A stretch of DNA of 64,000 nucleotides from Cirrosporium novae-zelandiae (taxonomy: Eukaryota). The position numbers and the translations under genes are program-made. Every line of letters begins with the position of its first letter. The first letter of the stretch is position 1. The notes beneath the pieces were generated by a model. The model was given only the letters and a program-made list of their open reading frames with translations, was not told where the DNA came from and searched no databases. The DNA lies in the NCBI GenBank assembly GCA_026023565.1, contig JAPETS010000003.1:248001-312000 (forward strand). Direction: 5' to 3'. Of this stretch, positions 1 through 12,843 are shown piece after piece.

Positions 1-180
1 GTTGCGTTTACATGTGCGCGAACGAACCCACATCCCGAAATTTTGTGGATGGGGCCTGTTGATATAAGATGATGGATGTATAATGTTAAAAGTCCAGTTT
101 CTTCTTCGGCCATATGAGAGTCGGTTTTGACGTTGTATTTTCTATATCATTTTGAGATTGTTAAATTCTATTCTCTAATA

Positions 181-1255
181 ATGGATACCGTCAAAGAGTC
201 TGCAGTAGTCGAACATACGGAGAACGAGTTAGCCATCCAGGATGGTTCTGGTAGCTCTCTTACCATGTCATTGAATAGCGAAGGTGGCGGCCACAGATTC
301 GAAAACGGAAGAAGATACCATACCTACCACGCTGGACAATACGACATGCCAAATGACGACAAGGAACAGGAACGTTTGGATCTTCAACACGATATCATGG
401 TTGAAGCCCTAGGTGGCAAGCTACAGGCTGCCCCGATCCCCGAAGATCTTCAAGAGGTACTTGATGTTGCTACAGGAACCGGGAAATGGTGCACTCAATT
501 CGTACGTGATACTGCTCCTCGATGAATATTTCAAGAAAAACTTGTTAAAAGTAACACACAGGCCGATAAACACCCTTCAGCACGTGTCACTGGCGTTGAC
601 CTGAGCAATATGCAGCCTGGTTGGTAAGCCTATTCTTGTTCTAAGTTCCATGTTAAATCTGTTGACAGTGATTGGCCGTAGGGTACCTCCGAACTGTTTT
701 TTCGAAGTCGACGATTGTGAATGCGACTGGCTTTATAAACGTAAATTTGATTTGATTCATGCTCGAGCTCTCTCGGCAGGATGGAAAGACTGGGATAAGC
801 TATGTCGGCAAGCTTTCGCGTTCTGTAAACCGGGAGGCTTTTTTGAGCTTCAAGAAATATGTCTGATCCGATGCGATTGCCCTTCTGGCAGCCACCCAAT
901 TCCACCTTTTGTCGAGTATTGCAACTACATAGGCCAAGCAGCTACGCAAAAAGGCATTATCTGGGTGGATCCAGAAACAAATGTAGAACGAATGAAAAAA
1001 ATTGGTTTCGTCAATATTCACGTTTTGTCATACAAAGCATATATTGTTGATCCACTAATGAAAAAGGATTTGCTGAATGGTTTGGAAGGATTTGGACTCT
1101 CATTATTGACAAATGTGCTTGGATGGAGCCGCAATCAATTCGAAGTCTATTTGACGGAGGTTAGAAGGTCGATCAAGGAAGGAAAAACAAAGCATTTGTA
1201 CATGCCAATCGTTACTATATACGGCGAGAAGCCCAAAGAGTCAGAAGAGTTTTAG
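181..1255 (+). CDS. Class I SAM-dependent methyltransferase, LaeA-like/Methyltransf_23 fungal family; 3 exons (181-501, 562-623, 682-1255)
   Basis: ENGRRYH, YDMPND..EQERLDLQH, VLDVATGTGKW, GVDLS..QP.WVPPNC.FEVDD, FDLIHAR and KPGG motifs. GT-AG introns at 502-561 and 624-681 join the ORFs in frame. Confidence 0.9.
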
Positions 1256-1824
1256 GCAACAAGATAATGTATTTTAAAAAGTTATGAGAGGATGTTAATG
1301 CATGGCGAGTATTAGCCTAGTAGACGCCGGAAGCATTATCCACAACAATTTCCGTAATATTCAGGAATTTTGATTACGGTTTCAATAATTTTCGGTTTTT
1401 GATAATAATATTAATACGGTGGATGATTGGGGGTTAGTTGAGGAGAAGAGTGTATACATGGATTTCTATATCGTATTTACTAGTCGTAAGCCTATCAAGT
1501 ATACGCACATTATATACGGTACATACATGAATATAAGCCACCCCTTGAGCATAGGCGAATAAGTCGCGTTACACAATTAGCTAAGCCTTCCTTACTTTCG
1601 ATGGTGGCTATGCAAAATCAGCCTCGAAATATAAACCCATAGCCTTTTAAGATAAGAAACTATACTTTTCTCTTTTACCGCCATTTAATCTCATCATCTC
1701 CTATTTTCATCTCCAGCGAACCGACTTATAAACGAAGGAAGCATTTCACCCCCTTCCCGCAGTATTATACTTATCACTACAGCTAAAGGGCTTGTTTTCC
1801 AGCGTCGACACAGAGGCAGCAGCA

Positions 1825-2220
1825 CTGTCTTTTGGGTTCTCTGTCGGGATATTATTGCAGTTGGCTCTCTAGTAGCTGAAATTATTGGCTGCCTCCGCGA
1901 AGCTGGCGGCTCGAAATCGGAATACCAAGAACTGGTCGGAGAGCTGGAGTCTCTCAAGAAGGCGCTTAGCGATCTCGACAAGCTACCGCCCGGAGATTCG
2001 CGCTCAGTAAACCTTGACTCGATTAACCATGCCACCAAAAGGTGCAAAGACCAACTCGAAGAATTCCTCGGCAAAATTAAAAGATATGATAAGTCTCTTG
2101 GTATAGGCTAGAATGAAAGTAACCCACTGAAGAGCGCATTGGACAAAGTATGGTGGGAACTTGGACAGAAGAAACGACCTGAAAGCATAAATGAAATCAT
2201 TGTACAGCATCCCCACACCG
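1825..2220 (+). pseudogene. Relic of a fungal STAND/NLR N-terminal HeLo-like domain
   Basis: Manual translation gives (M)SFGFSV/DIIAVGSLVAEIIGCLREAGGSKSEYQELVGELESLKKALSDLDKL...CKDQLEEFLGKIKRYDKSLG. The start codon reads CTG, there is a 1-nt frameshift near 1846 and an in-frame TAG at 2109-2111. Confidence 0.7.
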
Positions 2221-2259
2221 TGAAGTTGTTATCTCGCGGGTGGTGATGACAGATAGGAT

Positions 2260-3110
2260 TTGTGCTGATGTATTTATTTGTGAATACATGCCGAATAGAC
2301 AGACGATTTACCAGGAGCCTGTAGATAGAGCAAAAAACAAAGAATATATGTCGAGTGAAAGTAAGAGTTTAGTAGAGATGTGGACTAAAGGTGACTTTGT
2401 ATGTGGATTCTTTATTGCAGAGTCTGGTGTTGTTGCGGTATTGATTTAGATTACTACCGTTATATAGTTTAGACCAATTGATCATGCGTTTGGTAGATCT
2501 GGTGCGCCGTTAATATAATATTTAGACTTTGTTTCATTCCGCAATAAAGGTTCTATCGTCACGTTAAATATCGGTGGCATTGCAAACCTGCAGCTGGCAA
2601 ATGTAGACCGAAGTAAAATAATGGTATTCGATACAGGTCCTGGTAATATTATGATTGACTATGTTGTCAGGGCAAGAACTGAACGCGGATACGACAAAAA
2701 TGGAGAGTTGGCGGCCAAAAAGATTTTCATCAAACCGCTATTAGAGTATCTGAATAATCATGTATTCTTTACCCGACCCTCCCTCGATCAGCATGGAGGC
2801 TGGATTTCGGGTCTGATTTTGCGGACCATATTCTAAAAAAATATAATTTAATATCGACCGAAGATCTACTAGCAACGCTTATTATATTTACCATATAATT
2901 GATCGAACGATCACTGGTAGATTTTATCTTATCAAAAACTTCTGTCACCAAGGTCATTGTCAGTAAAAAAGATACGCGAAATACAACTCTGATGAAAATT
3001 TTAAACCAGACGCTCACGGTATATGGAGTGAAGATATACTTAAGTGATAAATTTAGTCTTCCGGCGGCTTACAAGGAAACAATCAAATTTGCAACATTGG
3101 TCGAAGGTTT
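2260..3110 (+). pseudogene. Anhydro-N-acetylmuramic acid kinase (AnmK)/levoglucosan kinase family pseudogene
   Basis: Motifs in order: QTIYQEP, ESGVVA, FRPIDHAFGRSGAPL, LNIGGIANL, FDTGPGNIMIDY, GYDKNGELAA, DLLATL, YKETIKFATL. They are interrupted by stops and frameshifts, with no N-terminus and no introns. Confidence 0.8.
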
Positions 3111-3143
3111 TCTCCACACAAAGTTCTTTATTATGTTATCATA

Positions 3144-3274
3144 CTTTTCACAGGTAGAAATGAAAGCGACCAGACCAAAAGGTAGAACTAGACATATGAA
3201 CTCAGGGAGACCTTTGAATGGAATTTTTATTCAGAGGTCTCCCCAAGGTCATTTTCATTTATACCCGTCGAAAG
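3144..3274. mobile_element. MITE-like element, TIR type A (short form), TA on both flanks
   Basis: TA|CTTTTCACAGGTAGAAATGAAA ... TTTCATTTATACCCGTCGAAAG|TA, with internal GGGAGACCTTTGAA / TTCAGAGGTCTCCCC. Confidence 0.8.
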
Positions 3275-3508
3275 TAGAATCTATAAAGTACATATAAATA
3301 CAGAGAGGCATAATATCTTCCCCCCCCTTTTCGAACATCTAACTCACTACTTAAATAGATGGTCATATTTCATTGTAGATTTCCTTGATATGTAGTTGTA
3401 TGAGTGTTTGTCTCCTATGGATATCAAAACTTCATAGTAACTATCCTATGTAATCACGTCACCCACCCCTCCCCAGTTTCTAAAGCGCTTATCGGTCCAT
3501 TTCCCGCC

Positions 3509-6500
3509 TTAGTAGGTATACTTGATAACGAACGGATCGCTATACCAGCTCTCATAATCACTCCCTTCACTCGCATCCCCAAAGATCTTTAGTGCTCGAA
3601 CGAGGAACTTGTATGTCCCTGCCGGAACGTACGTCCCATCAGCTAATGTGCCGTACCACTCGCTCGCCCAGGCATTCGAGCGTGGAAGATAAGTTAGAGG
3701 ATAATCATCAATAGGGCCATAGGCGTTGACGCCGAGAATTTCGGTCGTGTTACTATATGTGGAACCAGTCCCATTGACTGGGACGACATCTACGCGGACG
3801 AGCGCGGAACCCATCGCAAGATTGACGATTAGTTCCGGGACGGCAGCCGAGCTGGAGGTGGAATTTGATTTAGAGATTGTAAAGACTTGGCCGGAGGGCA
3901 TGTCTGAGGACGTGGTGCTGAGGACTACATAGGGGTATCCATTCGCTGTGTCTAGGATTGTGGCATTGATCATGGCAAAATCAACGCCTGCGTATGGCAG
4001 GCTGAGGCTGTCGCCGTTGGTGCCGTTTATAGCGATAAAACCACTGTATACGGGTATGCGATCGGTCTCAATATCGGCGGGAGGTGTGAGGGTTACAGAG
4101 ACATTGGCGGAGGAACCAGCAACGATTGTCACGGGGTTGGAACTGAATGAGAGAGTTGCGTAGGAGGTTACCATATCTGGAGGGAAGACCTGCGGAGTCG
4201 TGTCAAGTGCGCTATCTAACGTGTATGCTGTAGCAGCACCCTTGTTTGAGAAGCTGTATGAGACAGAGGTGCTGTCCGTGTTTTTGATGCTGAAGGATAC
4301 TGTACCAAGAAAGTATTCCGTGTCGTTGAATGAAATATGCGGAGTGCTGAGAATTGAAGTTGTATGGGCGGCAGTGTAAGCATCGATGAGACCACCGCCT
4401 TGTTGTGCAACAGGAGCCACGTAGTCGTATGTGTCTGAGCCATCGTTGAAAGCAAGGGCAGAACCCGTTGTGCCTAGTAGGGCATTAATTGTCTCGGGAG
4501 TGATAGAGGAGCCACGGATTTGTTTCAAGAGGGCTACTACACCAGCGACATAGGGTGTTGCCATGGAGGTTCCGGAAAGAACGGCATAACCTCCATCTAC
4601 AAGTGGATAGGTTGAAAGGATGTTGGCACCCGGAGCCGAAATATAAGGTTTGATGTAGTTCTCAAATGTTGGGCCCCACGTAGAGTAGGTGCTCATGTAA
4701 CCACCAGTTTCGGTATTCTCTTCGATTTCGTAGTAGAGTCCAGCATATGCCGTTTCGGTCACTGTGAGCTCAACGTCATAGCCAGCCTTCAGTAGAGCTA
4801 TCCACTCTACGCCTTGGTCCTCAGTTACCATCCCAGCTGCGGTGATGTTCACACTAATGCTTGGGGTAGTTACACCAGTTGCGACATTCTATTCAATGGT
4901 TAGTTAATATACCCCCGAATGGATAGCTAAAGTGGATTTCTTCTTACATTGTAGAATAGAACATATTCGGCACCGTATTCCTTTGCATATGTGATCTTAC
5001 TGTCAAATGTGCAGGTACCTCTCTTAATGAGAACCACTTTACCAGATAGGTCGGGCGTGTCGGTGGGATATGAAGAGCAGCCGTCTGCAGTTACACTCGT
5101 GTTATAGTTGAGTGCCCAAAGTGGTAGAGTTGCATTTGGGAAATCGCCTGTCCCTAACTCATACCCAAATTCTATTTCAGAGGAATTGGACGAGTTCGTG
5201 GTATAGTATCCGACGTTGAGTAGCAAAGGGCTTGTGACACTATCAATGCTTCCAACAGCCGTGACACCATGTCCAGTGGCGGCAGCGCTGGCATAGTATA
5301 AACCCATATCGCCATCATTTCCATTCGCAAGCATGCAAGGCGTTCCTGCGGCAACAATCCTTGAAACGGCGACAGACCAGGCCTCTGCAACTTGGATTAG
5401 CATTGAACATTGCTTTCAACGAGTAGAAATGAAAGCGACTAGACCCAAAGATGGAACTAGAAATGTGATCCTGGGGAGGCCTTTAAAAATCAGTTTTCAA
5501 CAAGAATTTGTTTTGAAGGCTTCCCTAAAGCCTTAAAGACAAATTAATTATCAATATATAGAAATTGATTTTGTTTGAAGGCCTCCTTAAGGTCATTTTT
5601 CTGGGTTCGTTTTTTGGGGTCTGGTCGCTTTCATTTCTACCTGTCAAACGTAGGTTATATGTTAAAAGCCTTACCCTCGCCCCAACCGCTTGCGCCTCCG
5701 ATGGATGCCGTAATGACGTCGGCGCCAGCTTCATAAGCCATCATGAAAGCATCGATCAGCACGTCATCCCCGGCGCTGTCATAGCATCCAAAGACTCTGT
5801 ACATTCCTAATGTTGCATTTGGAACAACTCCCGTGAAGCTATATTCGTTGGGATTTGCACCTACGATACCAGCAACATGTGTGCCGTGACCTTCGCATTC
5901 GGAATAGGGATCGGAGTCTGGTACAGGAGTGTTGGATCCATCATAGTCATCACCGACCAAATCATATCCGTAAGCAATTTTATATCCAGATCCGAATCCA
6001 CCTCCAAGGGCCGGATGATTATAGTCCACCCCAGTATCGACAATGGCAACAAATAAACCTTCGCCAGTATAGCCTTCTGCTCGAAGTTTGTCCACGCCCC
6101 CCATTACATGAGGAGCATAAGTATCATTGGTCAAGTCTTCGTTAATTATATCTGTAGAAGTCGTGGATGCCTTGGTGACCACAGTTGCAGGACGTTTATA
6201 CAAACGAATAGGCCAGATGTCTTTGACCATTGCCATGGATGAAATACGAGAGACAGTGCCCTTCTCATCCTCGAGGTTGTTTAGACTGAAAGAGACACCG
6301 TGAAAAAGAGGATATGAGATGTTGGTGCGAGCAGTTGCTGCAATGCCATGATTGGAGAGACTAGAGTAGAAAGACTGAGATTATCAGTAATTGCTATTCA
6401 GAAGTTTGTTATCAGGACTGAATCCAAGTACACTTGAGCTTTGAGCAGTTTCAAATTCCACAATATAGCCTCCTTTAAGGTGACTCGCTGTTGAATTTAC

Positions 6501-6590
6501 TTCAACAGAACGAACAAGTAATGGAAAGAGTGCAAAGAATGTCAGAAAGAGAGCGACCCTCAATTGGGCAAGAGAGATAACGACAGACAT
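3509..6590 (-). CDS. Secreted subtilisin-like S8 serine protease with PA and Fn3-like domains; 4 exons
   Basis: Signal peptide; catalytic triad IVDTG / HGTHVAG / GTSMATP; PA-domain LIKRGTCTF. Introns at 6375-6431, 5385-5674 and about 4890-4948 restore a single frame. Confidence 0.93.
5413..5650. mobile_element. MITE-like element, TIR type A (long form), inside subtilase intron 2
   Basis: CTTTCAACGAGTAGAAATGAAAGCGACTAGACCC ... GGGTCTGGTCGCTTTCATTTCTACCTGTCAAACG|TA. It aligns in reverse complement with 57504-57753. Confidence 0.88.
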
Positions 6591-7464
6591 GTTGAGTTGG
6601 TAGCAAAGGATTTGGCTAAATTCCGGTAGTGCTGTTCTAGCAGCAAAAAGAAGGCTCTGTATTTATAGCCATGTTCATGACTGTAGCATTGCAGATCGCC
6701 CGAGTCCGCTTTTTACATCTCCTTGTGATCAATGTCGATAGCAAGTGCTATATGTAGCTGACGCGACTACAACGTAACGGTATTAATTATTTTCTGCTTT
6801 CCGGAGATGATTTGACTAGGGTTCAACGATAGTATATCAATTGCCATGAAATATAGGTAGATTATTGGCTGTCGGCAGTCAGTTTCAATTTAATCCATGT
6901 AATGCAGGTCCTGGAAGTGGTTGATCACTGGCGATGCTTATCTTTACAGCGGCCATGTATCTCCAGACCTTGGTCATAGCTTCCGGTAAAGTTGTAACGG
7001 CCCCTAAAAAGGGAGGTAACAGCTTCAGTGTGGAGTATTGTCATTATCAATTGATCCAATAATGGTGCTGAAACAATGTTGATATATATTACCAATTCCT
7101 AAAAGGAGTATTAGATACGTGATAGATGAAAGTGGTTGAGGACTTGGTTAGGACTTGGATAGGATTACGGGTGCCTTGCATTAGTGCATAACTATCTGCT
7201 CGGGTTCCCCACATTGAGTTACTGTACAGTCCACCGAGGGGCTTCTTCACATGTATTTTATTCTTTTGTGCAAATGGTAACTTCACTCTATGGCCAAGAA
7301 ATATAAATTCGAGGTACTGGATAAGCCCACCAGGACCGCCATAGGGCATAACCCCTAAGTGGCCCTTGCGCCCGCTGAGGTGGTTGCTCTGCTGAGCTAC
7401 CCGACTGTCGTGCATCCCACTGATCATCCCTGAACCTGAGGCCTTCGCTTCACACCCTCAAGTT

Positions 7465-7540
7465 AGTTTGTTATTGAACACTGGTTTAGTTTGAAGGCCT
7501 CTCCAAGGTCACTTTTTGGTTCTATCATTTTGAACCTGGG
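7465..7540. mobile_element. Partial MITE (shared core only)
   Basis: GTTTGAAGGCCTCTCCAAGGTCACTTTT matches the core of the other copies; no intact TIR pair. Confidence 0.55.
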
Positions 7541-8384
7541 TAATCTAGGGCATAACTTTAAGAAGGAGCCAGATTGGTTTTAGAATAGTAGGATTAGCAA
7601 AGAATATAATTTTCTAATTACCGGATCCCCGCGGTGCTAAGGAGAGGAGAAGAAAAGCCATCGTCTATGAGAAAAGACGTAGATCAGTACGTAGGCGCCC
7701 ATTGTTCTATTTTATAGAATCAGGCACGTAACTTATACTTTCTAGTACCTGAAAATCCCCTGCCCCAATTATGAGTCCGTCCCTGCTTTTCCCATCATCT
7801 GTTCACGAATGCCAACCTCAAGTAGGGAAACCTTCATCCAATGCGCCATCTTGAATTGTCCCTGTGATATCACTAATTCTTCCGGTGCCCTGTTCTTCAT
7901 TACTTTTTGGCTATCCCTCATATTCATCCATAAAACCTTTTTAGGAAAAGTCGATTGCATCTGGCGAACGATAGTGATGGCATCGCGCATCATAAAGTTT
8001 AGGTCTTGACCCTGATGGAGAGTCATTGGGCGGCTAGCATGGTTGAAGGAGACTATAAAGCTTGGGATCGAGGAGGACGGAGATGATGTCCTAGCTGCCG
8101 AGTGGTTTGGAGAAGAGGCATTTCGTGGTTCTCCACATGTACCCTCTCTCGATTCGATGACTGGTCCCGCGGGTCGCTCAATTAATTCTTCAGGGTGTGG
8201 GAAGCCAGACCAAGACAAGAAATCTTGAAAGAGCCACGCTTCTTGGCTCCGAGAGTTTGGGAAATGTGGAATGGATGGCCAGCGCATGGTGTCTCGGCGT
8301 GGCTAATAATTATTTTATATAGGGGTCTAATAGTTTCCATGGTGAAAGTAGGGACTAGGAGGATATAGATATATTATGTGCTCA

Positions 8385-8706
8385 TGTAACAATCCAGTCC
8401 CTTTCAACCTTAAGGGGACCGAGGAGAGGTTCTCGGCGAAACCTTGGTGAAAGGTGCTTAGCTGGATCAGTGCCAAGCCCGATATGGGAGGGGGGGGGAA
8501 GCTTTGAGATGAGATGGTTTGTTTGTTAACCTTATCAGTTCAATATCTACTTGTCGTACACAGTTGTAGCAGTTAAAAGTTTCTTATTTAACTGCTTCTT
8601 GAGACTATTTTTTTTATATCAAATTAATCATTAGTTGTGGAAATTACTTCTGCTATATTGTTGTGATTGTTATTGGGTCAGTGAGCACATGCCCTAGGTG
8701 GTTACA
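8385..8706 (-). mobile_element. Possible LTR of a decayed retrotransposon
   Basis: TGTAAC...GTTACA termini, 322 bp, AT-rich TATA/polyA-like segment. No target-site duplication; an unexplained ORF (7769-8287, minus) lies next to it. Confidence 0.4.
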
Positions 8707-9332
8707 GTAAATCCTTTCTACTTGTACTCGAGTACTTGTCCACCGTATAAGATTCCATCCTCGGCCTTTAATTCAATAATAGTACACAACCTTGATCCGA
8801 CCGTGCCGATGGTGCTTCCAAGGTTTTCCATCATACTTTCGAAAGTAACTGATTGGAGATTTCAATTTCATATCATGGTACCTTTTACCTGTTTCGGGAT
8901 TAGTTAGTAGAGCGAACAAAAACAAGCAAGGAATCCAAGCTTTTTCCTCGTGGATACTCGAGTAGCCCATCGGTTGTCAGTAGTGTTAGCCCGACAAGAA
9001 TAGGGAAAAAGCCAAGACTTTACTACTAATCCCCCCCCCCCCCCAAAGATCCATTGCCTGTCGTGTGTACAGTATTCGTCCCAATACTCCATTTTCAATC
9101 CCCCCATTACCAACACCTTCACCCGTACAACATCAATTGAGGATTCACCGTTAAACTGCATATGATCTATCTCATGGACCAGCGTCCACATCTGCATCTT
9201 ATAGCTTTGCGATAAGAAGCTCATCGGGTAAAATAAGGGGGAAAGTAATGGCATTTGTCATTTTACATCACGGTTCCGACACTTATATCCACCTGTCATC
9301 CTTCGAGTCTAAATCGGCTTGCTGTGGCTAGA

Positions 9333-11842
9333 ATGTTTGGAGAACCTGAGAACTACGTTGATAAACGCCAGTTATGGGCCCTCTTTCCATCATCCACTAC
9401 CTCTGTCATTGAAGGTCACTGTACACCTTTCACCCTACCTAGCAATGGTACAACCTATTCACATCCTCATCCTCCAGCCTTGACACTTATAATTATATAG
9501 GAGTCCTTTCAATGGGCCCTTCATCATCCATTACCCTTACAACTGATGTTGTCTTTACACCCGAGTGTACCGGTGACGTTGATGACGCTTCCCTCGCTAC
9601 CGCACAAGCTGTCACAAACAATCGCGATCCCTTCTCCGCGTCCGAATCGCCTCAGATATACACCCTTGCTGCGACCACTGTTGTTGCATACACGCTGGTC
9701 ATCATGTTGTTTATAACCCCGCGTACCTTTTTTCTGGGGGGTGCGGGTGGCGGATCATTCTTGGGGGGACGAGGTCTTCTCGGGGGATCTTACGGCTCCA
9801 CTGTTCTCGGCATAGGAGGACGGCCTTGGCTACAGAAAGTTGCTGCGTTGACCGTGGCAATATCATTGACCATTGCATCTGCAGACACCTTTAAGGTTGC
9901 TGAAGCGCAATATGATATGGGATACGTCGATGCGACAAGCCTTACCAGCGCTGTTGTGGGGGGGACGGAACTTTGCGTAATCCGAGTTATTTCGACAACC
10001 TTTTTATGGCTAGCGCAAGTGCAGACACTTGTACGATTATTCCCCCGGCATAAGGAAAAAGTCATTATAAAATGGGCTGGATTTGCCTTGATTGTTCTCG
10101 ATGTCATCTTTGCTAGCCTTGATAATTTTGTCGCTGACACCAAGACGTCTTCTCAGCCGCGGAGTTTTGTCGATGCGATACCTGCCTTGAGTTATTTGTT
10201 CGAGCTTTCACTCAATTTACTATACGCCGCTTGGGTTATTTATTATTCTTTTTGCAAGCGACGTTATGCATTCTTCCACGCGAAGATGCAGAATATTTTC
10301 CTAATTGCTATGTTATCCTTAGCAGCCGTTTTGATACCAGTTGTTTTCTTTGTTCTTGATATTTCAAAACCTAATGCTGCTGGCTGGGGAGACTATGTGC
10401 GGTGGGTCGGATCTGCTGCTGGCAGTGTGATTGTATGGGAATGGGTGGAAAGAATCGAAACACTTGAAAGGGATGAAAGAAAGGATGGAATTCTTGGAAG
10501 GGAGGTTTTTGATGGAGAGGAGATGCTGGAGATTGGGCAATTAGAAGAGATTGACTGGCCTAATCATCCCCATCATAGACCTCCTGGAGATTTCCAGTCC
10601 TTTGGTCAAAGACCGGATGACCGAAACCGTGCCAGAAATTCCCAATCTCACGGAGGATTACCTAGATATCGCATCTCACAGCCCCAGGGATCTTATAGGG
10701 CTCGGGACCAACAGCAGCTACAAGTCTCGTTTGATGGTTTAATGCCAAATTCGCAACAACCAACCCGACCTTCGGCAATTCATCCACCGCAAACGGCATC
10801 ACCTGTTAGTCGAACTGATACCCAAAGTGCAGAGAGCACAATCTACAATGTTCGCTATCACCCAGTTGTCGAACCATCTCCGTCAGTCCCCGAAGGGACA
10901 TCACTTGAAAATACTATAAGAGTAGATGACCCAAATATTCATAGGGCTGTCGATCCGCCGTTGAATACTACCTCTATCCAACCAGAAGGACCTTCAAATG
11001 TCGAGGTTTCTGGTGAAGCTAGCTCTAGTCAAGAACGGGCAAAAAAGGCCAGATGGAATGCAGTGCCTAATCCATTCAAGCGACGTCGAATGTCTCCACC
11101 ACCCGAAGTAGCGACAGTGCAAGAAGGCGGTGAGAACCGTGAACGTGCAGTTCGTGATAGAAATAGCCGTTGGAATCTTCGGTCCAAATTGAATACGCTG
11201 GCCTCAGATCGAAGACCCCATTGGCGAAGGAAAAGTGAGGATACGTCCGTTAATGTACCTCTTCCAATTACCGTAATTCCAGCTCAACCCCGTGGAAGGA
11301 CTTGGTCCCCTTCTGATGGGCCCCTCTCCGCCACACAGGCTGGTGAAAGTCAGAATCCTGCCATTGAGTCTGGTGCCTCTAGACCGCCAGTAGACGAAGA
11401 TCAGCAAGCTGGTGAATCGCAAGTAGGACCATCGACACCTGGTCCACTCCTGCGCAGTCATTCTTCCGGGATGCCGCAATCCTTGGAGGATAGCCCTCAT
11501 ATGTCTCGAAGAGGTACTCTACGCATATCAGAACCACCATCTAGGCGGAGACTGACCATGGAGAATGAAGTAATTCCAGACCAACAAACATCCAATTCAT
11601 GGAATATACCTCACACATCATCTTCAATTCATGGAGAAAGTGGCGGATTGCAACAACCTACTGTTGACGAGGTAGTAACAGCTAATTCGGCGTCTTCAGA
11701 ACCAAATGATGATCCAAGTGGTGAGAATGCTCACTTGTCTGATCATAATATGGTCGATAATTCGACAATCCCGCAGAATGGGTCAAACTACAACAGCTCC
11801 CAAGATATAGTGGAGAGCAGTGGGACTGATCATAGGCGATGA
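9333..11842 (+). CDS. palH: PalH/Rim21 seven-transmembrane ambient pH sensor; exons 9333-9447 and 9501-11842
   Basis: CTPFTLPSNG N-terminus, RDPF.AS..PQ, GGRPWLQKVAAL, WLAQVQTLVRLFPRHKEK, VWEWVERIE..ER.E.KDGILGREVF and a long disordered tail. Confidence 0.93.
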
Positions 11843-12843
11843 CAAAAAATAGTCCGGAGCCATGACCAGGGAGGCTACCGGGCTTTTATACGGCTACTCC
11901 GTATGATCACGCTTAATGCTCATGAGATCAGGAACAAGAAATGCTAGCAAGGAGTTTGGGCGTGAAAGTGTCAGACAATGGTAATCGTGGGCTGGAAAAA
12001 CACGGAGGCGTTTTTTATGGCAGTAGCTTCAAGCCCCAAGGAATTGCCATGTTTATGTTAGTAGAAAAAGGAACGGGAAATCCATTAGGGTAATTCGTGG
12101 TTAAAATATTCCTAACAAGGAAATCCGGCTAATGAAGCCTTTTCCGGACCGTACGGAAATGAGGGGCATCGGGAGATAAAAACATCAAGGGGGGGTTTTG
12201 GCATTGGAAAAATTACAGCTGGATCATGAAACCCTGGGAGGTACTTGGGCACTGGGATTGTTGGAAAATTTTGGATTGACATGGGGGAGCTATGAAGAAT
12301 CCTCTGTTATGAGAAATATCCCCAGATATCCCCGGATCTCGTGCTTTATCCGTGGGGGTCGCTTTTAACGACGATAGCCTTTGTAGCAATGTATAATATT
12401 TTTAGATGTATAAATATACATAGATGCAACTCGGAAGAATTATAATGGATCAAACATCCATCAGCTTTTATCCGAGATACTGGAAGGCTGTTGTTTTGTT
12501 AATAAGCTGAAAGTAATTGTTTACGCAGTAATACTTGTGGTAATTGAACTTGGGGGATGGAAAAACTTGGATAACCCCCCGCACTAATTGGGATGATAGC
12601 CGTGCCATGTCCAAGACGCCTAGAACTGGGCCCCGCAGAGCACGGGTCATTTCCCGGGTGCTGTTGTTGCGATTGTGTACAGTACCAAGCACCGGATTAT
12701 TCACAAGAACGAATTCCTCGAAAACTACAAGAATATGCCCGTTCCCACTCTAACTAACTCTTCTTTCTCTTCTCTTTCCTCGGCCTCTTGTTACACCATT
12801 CAATCTCCCGATACCTTGATCAATTCGCTCCCATTCTCTCAAA

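Noticed and set aside
6993..7230. TGTAAC start as a partner LTR for 8385-8706
   Set aside because: No visible similarity beyond the first 6 nt, no clear matching end and no TSD.
3509..11842. Subtilase plus palH as a pH-regulated gene cluster
   Set aside because: Only adjacency and two GCCAAG hexamers (8472, 9011) support it, which is expected by chance.
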